Assembly: GCA_963845535.1 (NCBI GenBank)
Contig: CAWJSK010000011.1
Location: 1-64,000, forward strand
DNA from: an uncultured Spirochaetota bacterium
GTDB lineage: Bacteria; Spirochaetota; Spirochaetia; SZUA-6; Fen-1364
Direction: 5' to 3'
Length of the DNA stretch: 64,000 nucleotides
The first letter of the stretch is position 1, and each line of letters opens with the position of its first letter. The notes under the pieces were generated by a model, which did no database searches, had not been told where the DNA came from, and was given only the letters and a program-made list of their open reading frames with translations. Both the position numbers and the translations under genes were made by a program. This document shows, piece after piece, positions 9,180 through 18,532 of the stretch.

Positions 9180-10433
9180 TCACCTGTCGAAGCGCGAAAT
9201 AGTTACGGCCGCATTCTCCCCGCCAAAGCCGAACCCGTTGGAGAGGACGTGGTTCACGCGGGCGTCCCGCGGCTGATTGCGCACCACGTTCAGCGTGATC
9301 CGGGGGTCCTGCTCGAACTGGTTGATGGTGGGATGGATGACCCCGTCATGGATGGCCAGGATAGCCGCAATGGCCTCCACGGCGCTTGCCGCCCCAAGGG
9401 GATGCCCCGTCATGGACTTGGTGCTGTGCGCCGGTACGCCGTTGACCCGGTCCTTGAAAACCGTGGTGATGGCCTTGCTTTCCGCAAGGTCTCCCAGCGG
9501 CGTGGAGGCGGCGTGGCAGTTGATCAAGTCGATCTGGTCGACGTTGAGCCTGGCGCTCTCCAGCGCGCCCTGTATGGCCTGGACGCAACCACGGGACTCC
9601 GGGTGCGGCGCCACGAGGTCATGAGCGTCGCTGGAGAAACCGTAGCCGGTGAGCTCGGCATAGATTCGCGCGCCGCGCGCGCGGGCGTGCTCCAGCTCTT
9701 CCAGGCACAGGACCCCGGCTCCCTCGCTGAGCACGAAGCCGTCCCTGTCTTTGTCGAAGGGGCGCGAGGCCGTCTCCGGGGAGTTGTTGCGCTCGGAGAG
9801 CGCCATGATGTTGCCGAAGGCCGCCATGCCGCTGGGGAAAATGGGCGCTTCAGCCCCGCCGGTGAATATGGCGTCCGCCATCCCCATCTTGATGAGCGAG
9901 GCCGCCACTCCGAAGGCATGGTTGCCCGTTGCGCACGCGGAGTTCACCGAAAAGCACGGCCCCTGGAGGTTCCATTCCATGGCGAAGTAGCCGGAGGCCG
10001 TGCTGGGGATGCACATGACGAAGAACGGCGATGATGACTGCATCCCGTCCCGGAGCATCTTGACCGTGTTGTTGTACCGCGTTCCCACGCCGCCCTCACC
10101 GGTCCCGATGATCACTCCGTAGCGCTGCGGCGCTTTGTCAACGTCCAGCCCGGAATCTCGAATAGCCTGGGTTGCCGCAATCTGAGCAAGGATAACGTAG
10201 CGGTCCAGCCTCTTCGCCATTTTCTTGTTCTTGAAATACGTCGACAGGTCCGGCAAGTCTATTTCCCCGGCAATCTGCACGGAGTAGCCGTCAATGGGGA
10301 ACGATTGAAGGTGCCTGACGCCCGATTTCCCCTTGACGAGGTTTTCCCAGAACTCTTTCACCGAGGAACCGATGGGATTGATGGTCCCCATACCCGTAAT
10401 AACCACTCGAACTTCCCGCGGATCTCTTGTCAT
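9180..10433 (-). CDS. fabF: beta-ketoacyl-ACP synthase II
   Basis: VVITGMG, NSACATG, SRPFDKDRDGFVLSEG, KSMTGH, NGFGFGG. Confidence 0.9.
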   Translation of the reverse strand: MTRDPREVRVVITGMGTINPIGSSVKEFWENLVKGKSGVRHLQSFPIDGYSVQIAGEIDLPDLSTYFKNKKMAKRLDRYVILAQIAATQAIRDSGLDVDKAPQRYGVIIGTGEGGVGTRYNNTVKMLRDGMQSSSPFFVMCIPSTASGYFAMEWNLQGPCFSVNSACATGNHAFGVAASLIKMGMADAIFTGGAEAPIFPSGMAAFGNIMALSERNNSPETASRPFDKDRDGFVLSEGAGVLCLEELEHARARGARIYAELTGYGFSSDAHDLVAPHPESRGCVQAIQGALESARLNVDQIDLINCHAASTPLGDLAESKAITTVFKDRVNGVPAHSTKSMTGHPLGAASAVEAIAAILAIHDGVIHPTINQFEQDPRITLNVVRNQPRDARVNHVLSNGFGFGGENAAVTISRFDR

Positions 10434-10548
10434 GGTATCCAGAGTTATCCCTTCCTTATATTATGCCGTCAGTATCGATATCCCGAAAGTATCAACCGCC
10501 AGGGGGGATGGTTGTCAAGGCGTCCGCGGGCCAGTACCATGTCAGTCG

Positions 10549-11313
10549 ATGGCTGCGCCAGAAACGGCCTGGCTGAACCCTTGGGGGAACCCTCTCCTTG
10601 CGTCCGGGGACGTGCACGTCTGGCTTGTGGCTGCAGGAGCACCGGATATTCCGCACGCGCATCTGGAAAGCCTGGTGTCTCCCGCGGAGCAATCCCTGTG
10701 CGCCCGCATGGTCAGGCCGGTGGACAAGAGGCGCTTCATTGCCGTCCGAGCCGCTCTCCGGGCAATCCTGGGCAGATACTTCGAGACCCCTCCATCGTCA
10801 ATCAGTATAGCATATTCTACGTCAGGAAAACCGTTCTGCGAAAACCAAGCCGGGGACCGAGGCGCGCTGCATTTCAACGTTTCTCATGCCGGGGACGTTG
10901 CCGTGATAGCGGTCAGCCGCGGGTTGCGGGTGGGAATCGACGTCGAACGTATGCGCGAAATGAAATCACGGGACGATATTCTGGAGAGCTTTTTCAGCGC
11001 CGAGGAGCGCGCGTGGGTTCACTCGTGTCCGGAAGAAGCGCAGATGGATGCGTTCTTTCGGGTTTGGACTCGCAGGGAGGCGGCATCAAAGGCGGTGGGA
11101 ACGGGCTTGTTGAAGGCCTTCACGCTTTTTTCCGTGCCCGCCGCTCCGCTTTCCTCAACGGGGTTTTCTCTGAGACTGCCCATCTCAGCCGAGGAAACCG
11201 GGCGGGAGCAGCAGTGGTGGATGCGTGACCTTGACCCCCTTCCTGACCACGCGGGCGCTCTGTGCGTCGAAAAAAAGAGCCCAGCGCCGTCATGCTGGCG
11301 ATTCGCCTGGTAG
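10549..11313 (+). CDS. Sfp-type 4'-phosphopantetheinyl transferase
   Basis: GKP, HFNVSHAG, VGIDVE, WTRREAASKAVGTG; start taken at ATG 10549. Confidence 0.88.
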   Translation: MAAPETAWLNPWGNPLLASGDVHVWLVAAGAPDIPHAHLESLVSPAEQSLCARMVRPVDKRRFIAVRAALRAILGRYFETPPSSISIAYSTSGKPFCENQAGDRGALHFNVSHAGDVAVIAVSRGLRVGIDVERMREMKSRDDILESFFSAEERAWVHSCPEEAQMDAFFRVWTRREAASKAVGTGLLKAFTLFSVPAAPLSSTGFSLRLPISAEETGREQQWWMRDLDPLPDHAGALCVEKKSPAPSCWRFAW

Positions 11314-11487
11314 TCAGGCGATACGTCGGCGCCGCGGGCCCGCGGGGCCAGGCCAGCCCACCGCGAAGCGACCCCAGTAGAACCAGGAAAAGTGTGCATC
11401 CGACTTCAATTGCGGCTTCCAGCGCCACCCCGAGTTTGCAAGCCAGTATGCTTCTATCTGTTTCCTGCCTGACAGCTTGAGTATCAT
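11314..11487 (-). CDS. small Trp-rich hypothetical protein (57 aa)
   Basis: MILKLSGRKQIEAYWLANSGWRWKPQ...; ATGA-coupled to upstream 48-aa ORF (11484-11630); below ORF-track cutoff. Confidence 0.3.
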   Translation of the reverse strand: MILKLSGRKQIEAYWLANSGWRWKPQLKSDAHFSWFYWGRFAVGWPGPAGPRRRRIA

Positions 11488-11698
11488 GCGGATCTCGCTT
11501 TCGATGGAGGCGCGCGGCGTCCCCCGCCGTTTCTGACGATGGGCGCCTGGTTGCCCGAGACAATCCGCCGAATGTCGCGGATCGTCTCCTCTTCACCTTT
11601 GCCACCAGAAATCATCAGTTCAAGTACCATGAGGAAAAAGGTAGCGGTCCCTCGTTGCGGTCCGATTGCCGTAGGGTTAAATCCTCTTAACGGAGCAC

Positions 11699-13036
11699 TC
11701 AGTCCTCGGAGAAAACGTAAAGCTCGAAATCGAGCGAACCACGCCCGGAGAATGGCGCGCCGGTTTGAAAGATTTCGGCTTGAAGGGCTCTCCATCCAAC
11801 CCGCCAACCGACTCCAAGCGGCAAACCCTGCAGGGGAAGGGCAACTCGGATCCCGGCATCTGCCGCCAGGCCGATAGTGCCGCGCTGTCCCAGGGTCACA
11901 GACCATGTCGCCATGGTTGTCGAGAGTTGTTCGAACGACACGTACGGGCCCGCCCCGACATCGAGATGGCCAAGCCCGTGCGCAAAAGGAACTCCGACCG
12001 TGCCCCCTAGGGAATACTCCGAAAACATCGTGTCCGTTGCCACCTGAAGCTGGTCTTGAGGCGCGCTTGCATAGTAGCCTTGCTCGAACGCCACGAATGC
12101 TTCCTCATGGACGTCCTTTCTTTCCCCATGGACCAGCGCTCCAAGCCGAACGCGCTGGGCAACCGACGTGCCCGTGACAAGGCCCAGGTCGAGGGAAAGA
12201 GGCCCGAGGCCGCTCGAAGAGCTTTGCGGCCCGAGAACCATACCCAAGGCCCCGTTGCTCTTTCCCAGCGCGGGAATGTCCTCAAAGGCAAGAGCAAGGA
12301 GGCCCACGCGCATCTCGAATCCGAGGTAGGGTCCGTTTTCCGCGGATTCCACGGCGACAATGGTCGCCGGTCCCGCCCCGCCGGCCGCGCGCCACCCTCC
12401 GCCCAGGGCAAGGAGGGCGCCCGGTTCTGAGTAGCGAAGCCCGGCAACCGCCAGAAGAGATCCCCGCGACAGGAGTGAAGCGCGACCCGCCGCGACGAAG
12501 TAGGGGGACAAGGGCGTTTCCGAAGCAAGAAGAAGCTTGAACGAGGCGAGCGGAGCCACCGAAAGGCCGCCGCTGTATGCGGTGGGGACAGGCCTCTGGA
12601 CGCCTGTTGACGAATGGAAAGTCTCCTGAATCAGGAAACCGCCGAAGTTGCCCGTGGCGTCAATGCCGCCGCCGAGGGAGAGCCAGACCGGGGCCTTCGA
12701 AACCAGAGAGACGGCGGCTCCCAGTGATGCCTCGTCGATGCGGGTGCCGTCCGCCTCTGACCCGGTCCGATCGGTCAGTCCGCTCATTGCGGCAAGGAGC
12801 CGCGCGGGACCCCAGGGCACGCCCAGCCGCAAGCCAAAGCTGTCCAGGTCGTCCCATTCCACAACAGGTCCCGGGCCGAAGGAATCATTGGTCATGGAAA
12901 CGACCGCGGGGGCTTCCAGGGACTGCGGAGAAGGGGAGAGAAACGGATCAAGGGCAAGCGCAGAAAGAACGTTGGGCCGCGGAACCGCGGCGCTGACGGC
13001 AGCGGCGAGCGAAAGAAGGACGGCCGCGCGAGTCAT
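11699..13036 (-). CDS. putative outer-membrane/exported protein, weakly LpxR-like
   Basis: signal peptide MTRAAVLLSLAAAVSA; Gly-rich amphipathic beta pattern; TNDSFG and IQETFH motifs. Confidence 0.55.
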   Translation of the reverse strand: MTRAAVLLSLAAAVSAAVPRPNVLSALALDPFLSPSPQSLEAPAVVSMTNDSFGPGPVVEWDDLDSFGLRLGVPWGPARLLAAMSGLTDRTGSEADGTRIDEASLGAAVSLVSKAPVWLSLGGGIDATGNFGGFLIQETFHSSTGVQRPVPTAYSGGLSVAPLASFKLLLASETPLSPYFVAAGRASLLSRGSLLAVAGLRYSEPGALLALGGGWRAAGGAGPATIVAVESAENGPYLGFEMRVGLLALAFEDIPALGKSNGALGMVLGPQSSSSGLGPLSLDLGLVTGTSVAQRVRLGALVHGERKDVHEEAFVAFEQGYYASAPQDQLQVATDTMFSEYSLGGTVGVPFAHGLGHLDVGAGPYVSFEQLSTTMATWSVTLGQRGTIGLAADAGIRVALPLQGLPLGVGWRVGWRALQAEIFQTGAPFSGRGSLDFELYVFSED

Positions 13037-13061
13037 TTCCCGGTGCGGGTGCCGGCGGGGA

Positions 13062-14153
13062 TCATCTGCGCAGGGTTCCCACGGTCCCCCGGACGGCCTG
13101 CTTCGGCCCGCCGTTCCCCCTCCTGCCCAGCAGTGCGTAGACGAACCCGTCGAACAGGAGCAGCAGATAGTACGTGGCAAACCTCCAGACAAACACCGCG
13201 ATGACGGTGGAGCCGACGGCGCCCGTCAGCCCGGAGTACACGAGGGAGAAAGCACCTTCCACGCCGCCGCTTGCTCCCGGCGTCGGGATGTAGAACACGA
13301 CCTGCCAGAGAATGACGTACGTGATGATGACCTCGAGAAACGGAATGGAGGTCCCCGTCACGCCTTCCAGCACGAACCGGAGGGAGTACGCGTGCAGGAG
13401 AATGTTGACCACTCCCATGAGGATGTCGAGGATCATGGCCCATGTCCTGGTTGACCAGAGCATTTTTACGTTCTCACGCAGGCGCTGGGACCATTTGTGC
13501 AGGCTCGGAGCCCAGTTGTGCTTCCCGCTGATCCGCCCCACGAGGCGCCCCAGGAACGTCCGTTCCACCACGATGGCCAGTCTGCCGATGAAGTGCGGCC
13601 TGATGAGGAGGATCAACAGCAGCACCGTCACGCACAGGGAGATGCCCAGGGCCACGTACATGAGCCGGGCCCCCATGCGAAGCGTGGAGGCTATCCACGT
13701 TATCTGCGTGAGGAAGAGCAGGGAAATGAGGAGCGACGTCATTGCCTGCTCGACGAACCGGGACAGGATGACGTTGGTTGCCGTCTCCGCCGGGACCCCC
13801 ACCATGCTGAGGTGGTAGATCTGGAACGGCTGGCCGCCCGCGGTCATGGGGGTGATGTTTGTGAAGAACGTCCCCGCGGCGCTGTTATAGAACGCCTGGA
13901 CGAACGTTATGCGGATGCGGAACTGCGCAAGGACCAGCTTCAAGCGAAGGGAATCCACAAAGTGGGAGGCCACGAAGAGCAGAAGGGGAACGGCAAAATA
14001 GATGATCTTCACCTTCCGGATGGAATCGATGATCTGGCGCCTGTCCATCAGGAGGGAGAGGATGGTGTTGACGCCAACCCCCAGGATGACGGCCAGGAGG
14101 ACGAAGCCCAGGATCCGCCGAAGGTTGGAGCGGTCGCGAAGGTCCCCGAGCAT
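13062..14153 (-). CDS. flippase-like membrane protein (LPG-synthase TM / UPF0104)
   Basis: multiple TMs; NITPMTAGGQP, PTPGASGGVEG, WRFATYY. Confidence 0.85.
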   Translation of the reverse strand: MLGDLRDRSNLRRILGFVLLAVILGVGVNTILSLLMDRRQIIDSIRKVKIIYFAVPLLLFVASHFVDSLRLKLVLAQFRIRITFVQAFYNSAAGTFFTNITPMTAGGQPFQIYHLSMVGVPAETATNVILSRFVEQAMTSLLISLLFLTQITWIASTLRMGARLMYVALGISLCVTVLLLILLIRPHFIGRLAIVVERTFLGRLVGRISGKHNWAPSLHKWSQRLRENVKMLWSTRTWAMILDILMGVVNILLHAYSLRFVLEGVTGTSIPFLEVIITYVILWQVVFYIPTPGASGGVEGAFSLVYSGLTGAVGSTVIAVFVWRFATYYLLLLFDGFVYALLGRRGNGGPKQAVRGTVGTLRR

Positions 14154-15269
14154 TATCCGAGCGAGCTCACAATGGCCTCGGCAATTGCCTCAGCGCCGTT
14201 CTGCGGGCCCACCTGCGAAAGGCGCTCCATGACGTCCCGGCAGCTCGCGCGGTCCTGCGCCAGGAGCCCGACGCGCTGGACGAACTGGCGCGGCCGGGGA
14301 CAAAACCATCCGTACCCGTTATCGACGATGAAACGCATGTTCTCACGTTCGTTGGGCGCGCCGATATGGGTCACGATGAGTGGGATGCCCTTCTTCATCG
14401 CCATCATGGCGTACCCCGTCCCGCATTTTCCGGCCAGGACGTCGGCGGCGGCAACGATCCCGCTGATGTCCTCCTGGTAGCCCATGGGGACCACTTTCGG
14501 GCTTTCGAAACGCGCAGAAAGCTCCCGCAAGAGATCATCGTTCCTTCCCGTGAGCACCATCAGCGTTGCTCCCTCCGCGCCGTTCACGAACGCGTCCACG
14601 AAGCGCAGCGAATGGCCGATCCCTTCCCCGCCGAGGCTGAGGATGACCAGGAGGTCGTTCTCCGGAACGCCGAGGCGCTTCTTGAAGTATTCCCGGGGCG
14701 CGCCGTTGGCGAGAAGATGCGGATGCACCACCATGGGGACGCGCTGCATCTTCTGCGGCGCAATCCCGATGCGGCGCAGCCCATCCTCGATGCGCGGCGT
14801 CAGCGTGAAGTAGCGGTCCGCTCCGCAGTTGATGACTCCGTAGGTGGCTCCGAGCTCTCCGTAGATATAGAACAGCGGGATCTTGTTCTCCCCCCGGGCC
14901 ATGGAGAAAAGATGCGAGCACGCCCAGTGGGTGGACATGATGAGATCCGGCTTGTCAGCCGGCAAGGTACTCCGCGGCTTTGGGGACCGCCGTTCGGAAC
15001 CCCCGGCGGTTGAGGGATTTGACCAGGCGGGGAGCAAGGCGTTCCAGCGCAAAAAGGAACTGCGAGACGATGGCCGGCATCTTGAGGAAGACCCTCCAGA
15101 GGTCCTCGAATGTCCTCTTCATGACGGCGTCATCGAGGTCCCGGGCCGCGTCCATGATGCGGATGTCCCAGGATGGGCGCATCTCATGCACATAGTGCGC
15201 TATTGCCTGGGCCAGGACCAGGTGGCCCAGGCCGGCGGAAAGATAGGTCATAAGGATTTTTTTGCTCAT
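14153..15269 (-). pseudogene. MGDG synthase/UgtP-like glycosyltransferase (GT28), one frameshift near 14958
   Basis: SAGLGH in one frame; KPDLIMSTHW, GGEG, GRND, AADVLAGK in the next; one extra base in CTTGCCGGCTGAC; TAATG coupling to flippase gene. Confidence 0.8.
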
Positions 15270-15294
15270 CACGGTTGCTCCGATCTTTTGGTCA

Positions 15295-16050
15295 TCACGC
15301 GGTTTCTCTTTCCAGCCGCTGCGTGCGCATACGGCCGCGGTACACAATGCAGTCGTTCAGGATGCCCACCAGCGCGTGGTGGAAGAGGGCATACAGGAAT
15401 GAGCCGGTGATCGCGGTGATCGTGCCGGCAATGAGGCCGAGGATGAATGCGCCAAGCACTTCCGAGCTGGGGTGCCCGATGTGGTAGATGGTTGACAGGA
15501 ACGTGGAGACCATGACCACCACCACGAGCCCGGGGACCGTGTGGGGAAGGAGCGCGAGGAGCGAGAAGACTATCACGCCGCGGAAGGTGAACTCCCACGG
15601 AAGGTAGTAGAGCACGAGGTACGCCGACTCGTAGATCACGAACTTCCCCGGGCTCGACATGGCTTCCTTGGAGAAGGGGTAGTACTTTTTCAAGCCGGGG
15701 TAATTGATGCCCAGGAGCAGCCCCACCGCCGTCAAAGGAAGGAACACCGCGGTGAGGGTCAGGCCGAGCCTCCAGTTGCCGGGACCCAGGCCCATGGAAA
15801 GCAGGGAGATCCCCGTGCGCGCGCCTCGAAAGAGAATAACCGCAAGAGGGAGGAGGAACAGCAGGCCGAAAACGCTTGCGAAATACGTCATGACGGGCGT
15901 GAAATCCTCGGTTGCGTTCCTCATGAGGTTCCGGACGTTGAGCACGGAGGAGAGAAGAACGAACGATATGCCCAGTGACACGAACAGGACGGCGTACGTG
16001 TCCGCAAGGATGGAGCCTGCTGTCGCCTCCGCCAGTGTTAGCCACTCCAT
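15295..16050 (-). CDS. CPBP (CAAX protease/Abi) family intramembrane protein
   Basis: WEFTFRG, YHIGH, FHHAL motifs; multi-TM. Confidence 0.8.
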   Translation of the reverse strand: MEWLTLAEATAGSILADTYAVLFVSLGISFVLLSSVLNVRNLMRNATEDFTPVMTYFASVFGLLFLLPLAVILFRGARTGISLLSMGLGPGNWRLGLTLTAVFLPLTAVGLLLGINYPGLKKYYPFSKEAMSSPGKFVIYESAYLVLYYLPWEFTFRGVIVFSLLALLPHTVPGLVVVVMVSTFLSTIYHIGHPSSEVLGAFILGLIAGTITAITGSFLYALFHHALVGILNDCIVYRGRMRTQRLERETA

Positions 16051-16056
16051 GCTACC

Positions 16057-17073
16057 TTACCTCCCTCGCGACGTGGTCAGGGGAGCGCCTTTTTCCCTGG
16101 CATACCATTCCATGATCGATTCAAGTTGACGTTCCAGGTCCTGGTCAGGTTCGTATCCGAGCTCTTCCGTTGTCCGGGAGATGTCGTAACTGGTGTCACG
16201 GCCCACCTTGCTGACACGATACCACGTGAGAAGCGCTTCGAACGACGGAACGATGGCGTGGAGCGCCTGCATGAAAACAGCGAGCGCGTACGCAAATACC
16301 ACAGGCACGAAAAAGCGCTGCTGCCGGCCCATGCGGAGCTGGAAATAGCCAATGAGCTGCCGCCACGTCACGTCCTGGCCGTTGGTGACGGTATACGCTG
16401 CGCCGTCCTTGCCGCGCATCTGGCAGGCGAGGTGGCACGCTTTTGCCAGGTTGCCGACGTAGCAAAAACTGAGCACGCGGTTGCCCGTTCCGGCCAGGGT
16501 AGGCCATCCCGATTCGATCCCCGCAAGGATCCTCATGCTGGACGTCCGGTCGTTGGGGCCGAACACGTCCGTGGGCCTCAGGATCACGACGGGCAGGCTT
16601 TTTTTGCGATGCCGGTCCAGGAGGAACCTCTCCGTCAGCTCCTTCGCCTTCGTATAGGACAGGTTCCCGTACGCGGGTCTCCCGCGATTTTCCTCCGAGA
16701 TGTTCCGTGACCTGTGGCCCAGCACGAGGCACGTGGAGATATAGACGAACCGCTTGAGCCTGAGCTGGTTGCCTTCCAGCCGCTCCACGAGGTTCACCGT
16801 GGCGTCGAGGATGTTCTGCCGCGCCACCGCCATGGGGACGTCATCCAGCACCAGAGACGCGGCGTGGATCACGTAGTCGATCGACGAAGGAAACGATATC
16901 CCGTCCGATCTCGCGAGGTCTCCGGTCAGCAGCTTCACGGGAAGGCCTTCCAGGAAATGCAGGTCGGAAGTCTTGCGCACAAGCCCGTAGACCTCATACG
17001 AATGATCAAGAAAGTATGAGCACAGGTTTGAACCAATGAATCCGTTCGCGCCCGTGATCAGCACACGCTCCAT
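16057..17073 (-). CDS. NAD-dependent epimerase/dehydratase (extended SDR)
   Basis: TGANGFIGS, YTKAK, LRPTDVFGPND; start ATG 17073 after AAGGGGA. Confidence 0.85.
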   Translation of the reverse strand: MERVLITGANGFIGSNLCSYFLDHSYEVYGLVRKTSDLHFLEGLPVKLLTGDLARSDGISFPSSIDYVIHAASLVLDDVPMAVARQNILDATVNLVERLEGNQLRLKRFVYISTCLVLGHRSRNISEENRGRPAYGNLSYTKAKELTERFLLDRHRKKSLPVVILRPTDVFGPNDRTSSMRILAGIESGWPTLAGTGNRVLSFCYVGNLAKACHLACQMRGKDGAAYTVTNGQDVTWRQLIGYFQLRMGRQQRFFVPVVFAYALAVFMQALHAIVPSFEALLTWYRVSKVGRDTSYDISRTTEELGYEPDQDLERQLESIMEWYAREKGAPLTTSRGR

Positions 17074-17166
17074 TCTTTCCCCTTGCGATATCACGATTGA
17101 TCGATGCGTGCCGAAGGATACAGGAACATCGTCATTCCTTCCATAGCCGCGGCGCCCCGTGGACCT

Positions 17167-17973
17167 TCACGCCTCTGGTCGGGCGCCCGGCCTGCGCGCG
17201 GGATCCTGGCGGTAGAACTCGCGCAGGAGGCGATACACGTCAGGATACTCACTCTCCAACACCTCCGGCTGCTCGAAAAAGTACTCGCTCGCCACCGCAA
17301 AGAACTCCGCGTCATCCGTTGCCGCGTACGGGTCCATCCGCGGCCTGCGGCGTTTTGCGGCGGCGCGGCGGGAGAGGTCGGCGAAAGCCGCGGAGAAGAC
17401 CGCCAGCCACTCGCCGGCGCTCATTCCCTCATGAAGCGGCGGCCTTCCGTTCATCTCACCGTCGAGGAGGTCGAGGCGGTGCGCGGCTTCGTGGATGACC
17501 ACGTTGTAGCCGTCACCCCATCCAGACTCCTCGACGTCCTTCCATGACAGCACCACGGGGCCCTGGGCCCATGATTCGCCGCTCTTGTCCTCTTCCCACT
17601 CGTGCGCCACGCCGGCGCTGTCCATCTCGGTGTGCTCCCCGGTGAAGACGTCGGGAACGATCACGATGGTCTTCCAGTCCTCATACCACTCCATCCCAAG
17701 GTTGAGGATGGGCAGGCACGCTTGAACGGAAATGACCTCACGGATCACCTCGGTGGGCGAAAGCCCGTCTGCTCCTTCGAAGGTTTTCTCATGCAGGAAG
17801 ATCGTCGCCATCTCGCGAAGCTTCTCCTTCTCCTCAACCGAAAGACCGTCCAAGATCGGATGATCCTTCAGGAGCCATTCCCACGACTCCTGCGAAAGAA
17901 GTCCCTCCCGAAGGATGCGGGAGCGGCGGATGCTTCGAAAAATCCCCACGACGGTTCCCCGCGAATGCACCAC
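17167..17973 (-). CDS. MtfA/M90 family zinc peptidase
   Basis: NVVIHEAAHRLD, DPYAATDDAEFFAVASEYFF; exact start uncertain. Confidence 0.85.
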   Translation of the reverse strand: MVHSRGTVVGIFRSIRRSRILREGLLSQESWEWLLKDHPILDGLSVEEKEKLREMATIFLHEKTFEGADGLSPTEVIREVISVQACLPILNLGMEWYEDWKTIVIVPDVFTGEHTEMDSAGVAHEWEEDKSGESWAQGPVVLSWKDVEESGWGDGYNVVIHEAAHRLDLLDGEMNGRPPLHEGMSAGEWLAVFSAAFADLSRRAAAKRRRPRMDPYAATDDAEFFAVASEYFFEQPEVLESEYPDVYRLLREFYRQDPARRPGARPEA

Positions 17974-18153
17974 TAACTCTATGTGATCGAAGCGAGCCGG
18001 TCAATATTTTCCGCGGGGAAAGAACCTGCCGATGCATCGGCGGCCGAGGTACACGCTTTCCCTGCACCCGAGCCGTCTCCCCGAGGGCATCCGGTCATGG
18101 CTCCGCGGCTGATTGAGGTTTGCGGCGCGCTCTGATAGCTTCCTGGGGTGAAG

Positions 18154-18224
18154 AGCGCCCGATGGGAGTCGAACCCACGTCATGAGCTTGGAGGGCTCAG
18201 GTAATACCGTTATACGACGGGCGC
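18154..18224 (-). tRNA. tRNA-Gly(TCC)
   Basis: GCGCCCG acceptor, TGAGC/GCTCA anticodon stem with loop CCTCCAA, GGTTCGACTCC T-arm; 71 nt; CCA not encoded. Confidence 0.88.
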
Positions 18225-18301
18225 GGAGTGTCGGAACGCAATTTACCCGGGCGGCGGAGAAAGGTCAAGGGAACTTCGGCGCCCGCGCTCAGGAGGCTGG
18301 A

Positions 18302-18532
18302 ATGGGGACCCGGGGAGAAATCTTTTCCTCGAAGGCGAATACCGCGAAGCGGACGTATTTCTTCAATGTAAAGGAGAGCCGCACGGGGGACGTGTTTCTC
18401 AACATCGTGGAGAGCAGCAAGAAAAGCGGAGACGACCAGTTCGAACGCAGGTCAGTGATCATTTTCAAGGAGGACCTCGCCACGTTCCTCGAAGGCTTCG
18501 AGGCGGCGGTGCGCTTCATCAAGGGGCAGTGA
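18302..18532 (+). CDS. PUR-like nucleic-acid-binding protein (DUF3276/BpuR-like)
   Basis: RTYFFNVKE...FLNIVES...RRSVIIFKED; SD AGGAGG. Confidence 0.8.
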   Translation: MGTRGEIFSSKANTAKRTYFFNVKESRTGDVFLNIVESSKKSGDDQFERRSVIIFKEDLATFLEGFEAAVRFIKGQ

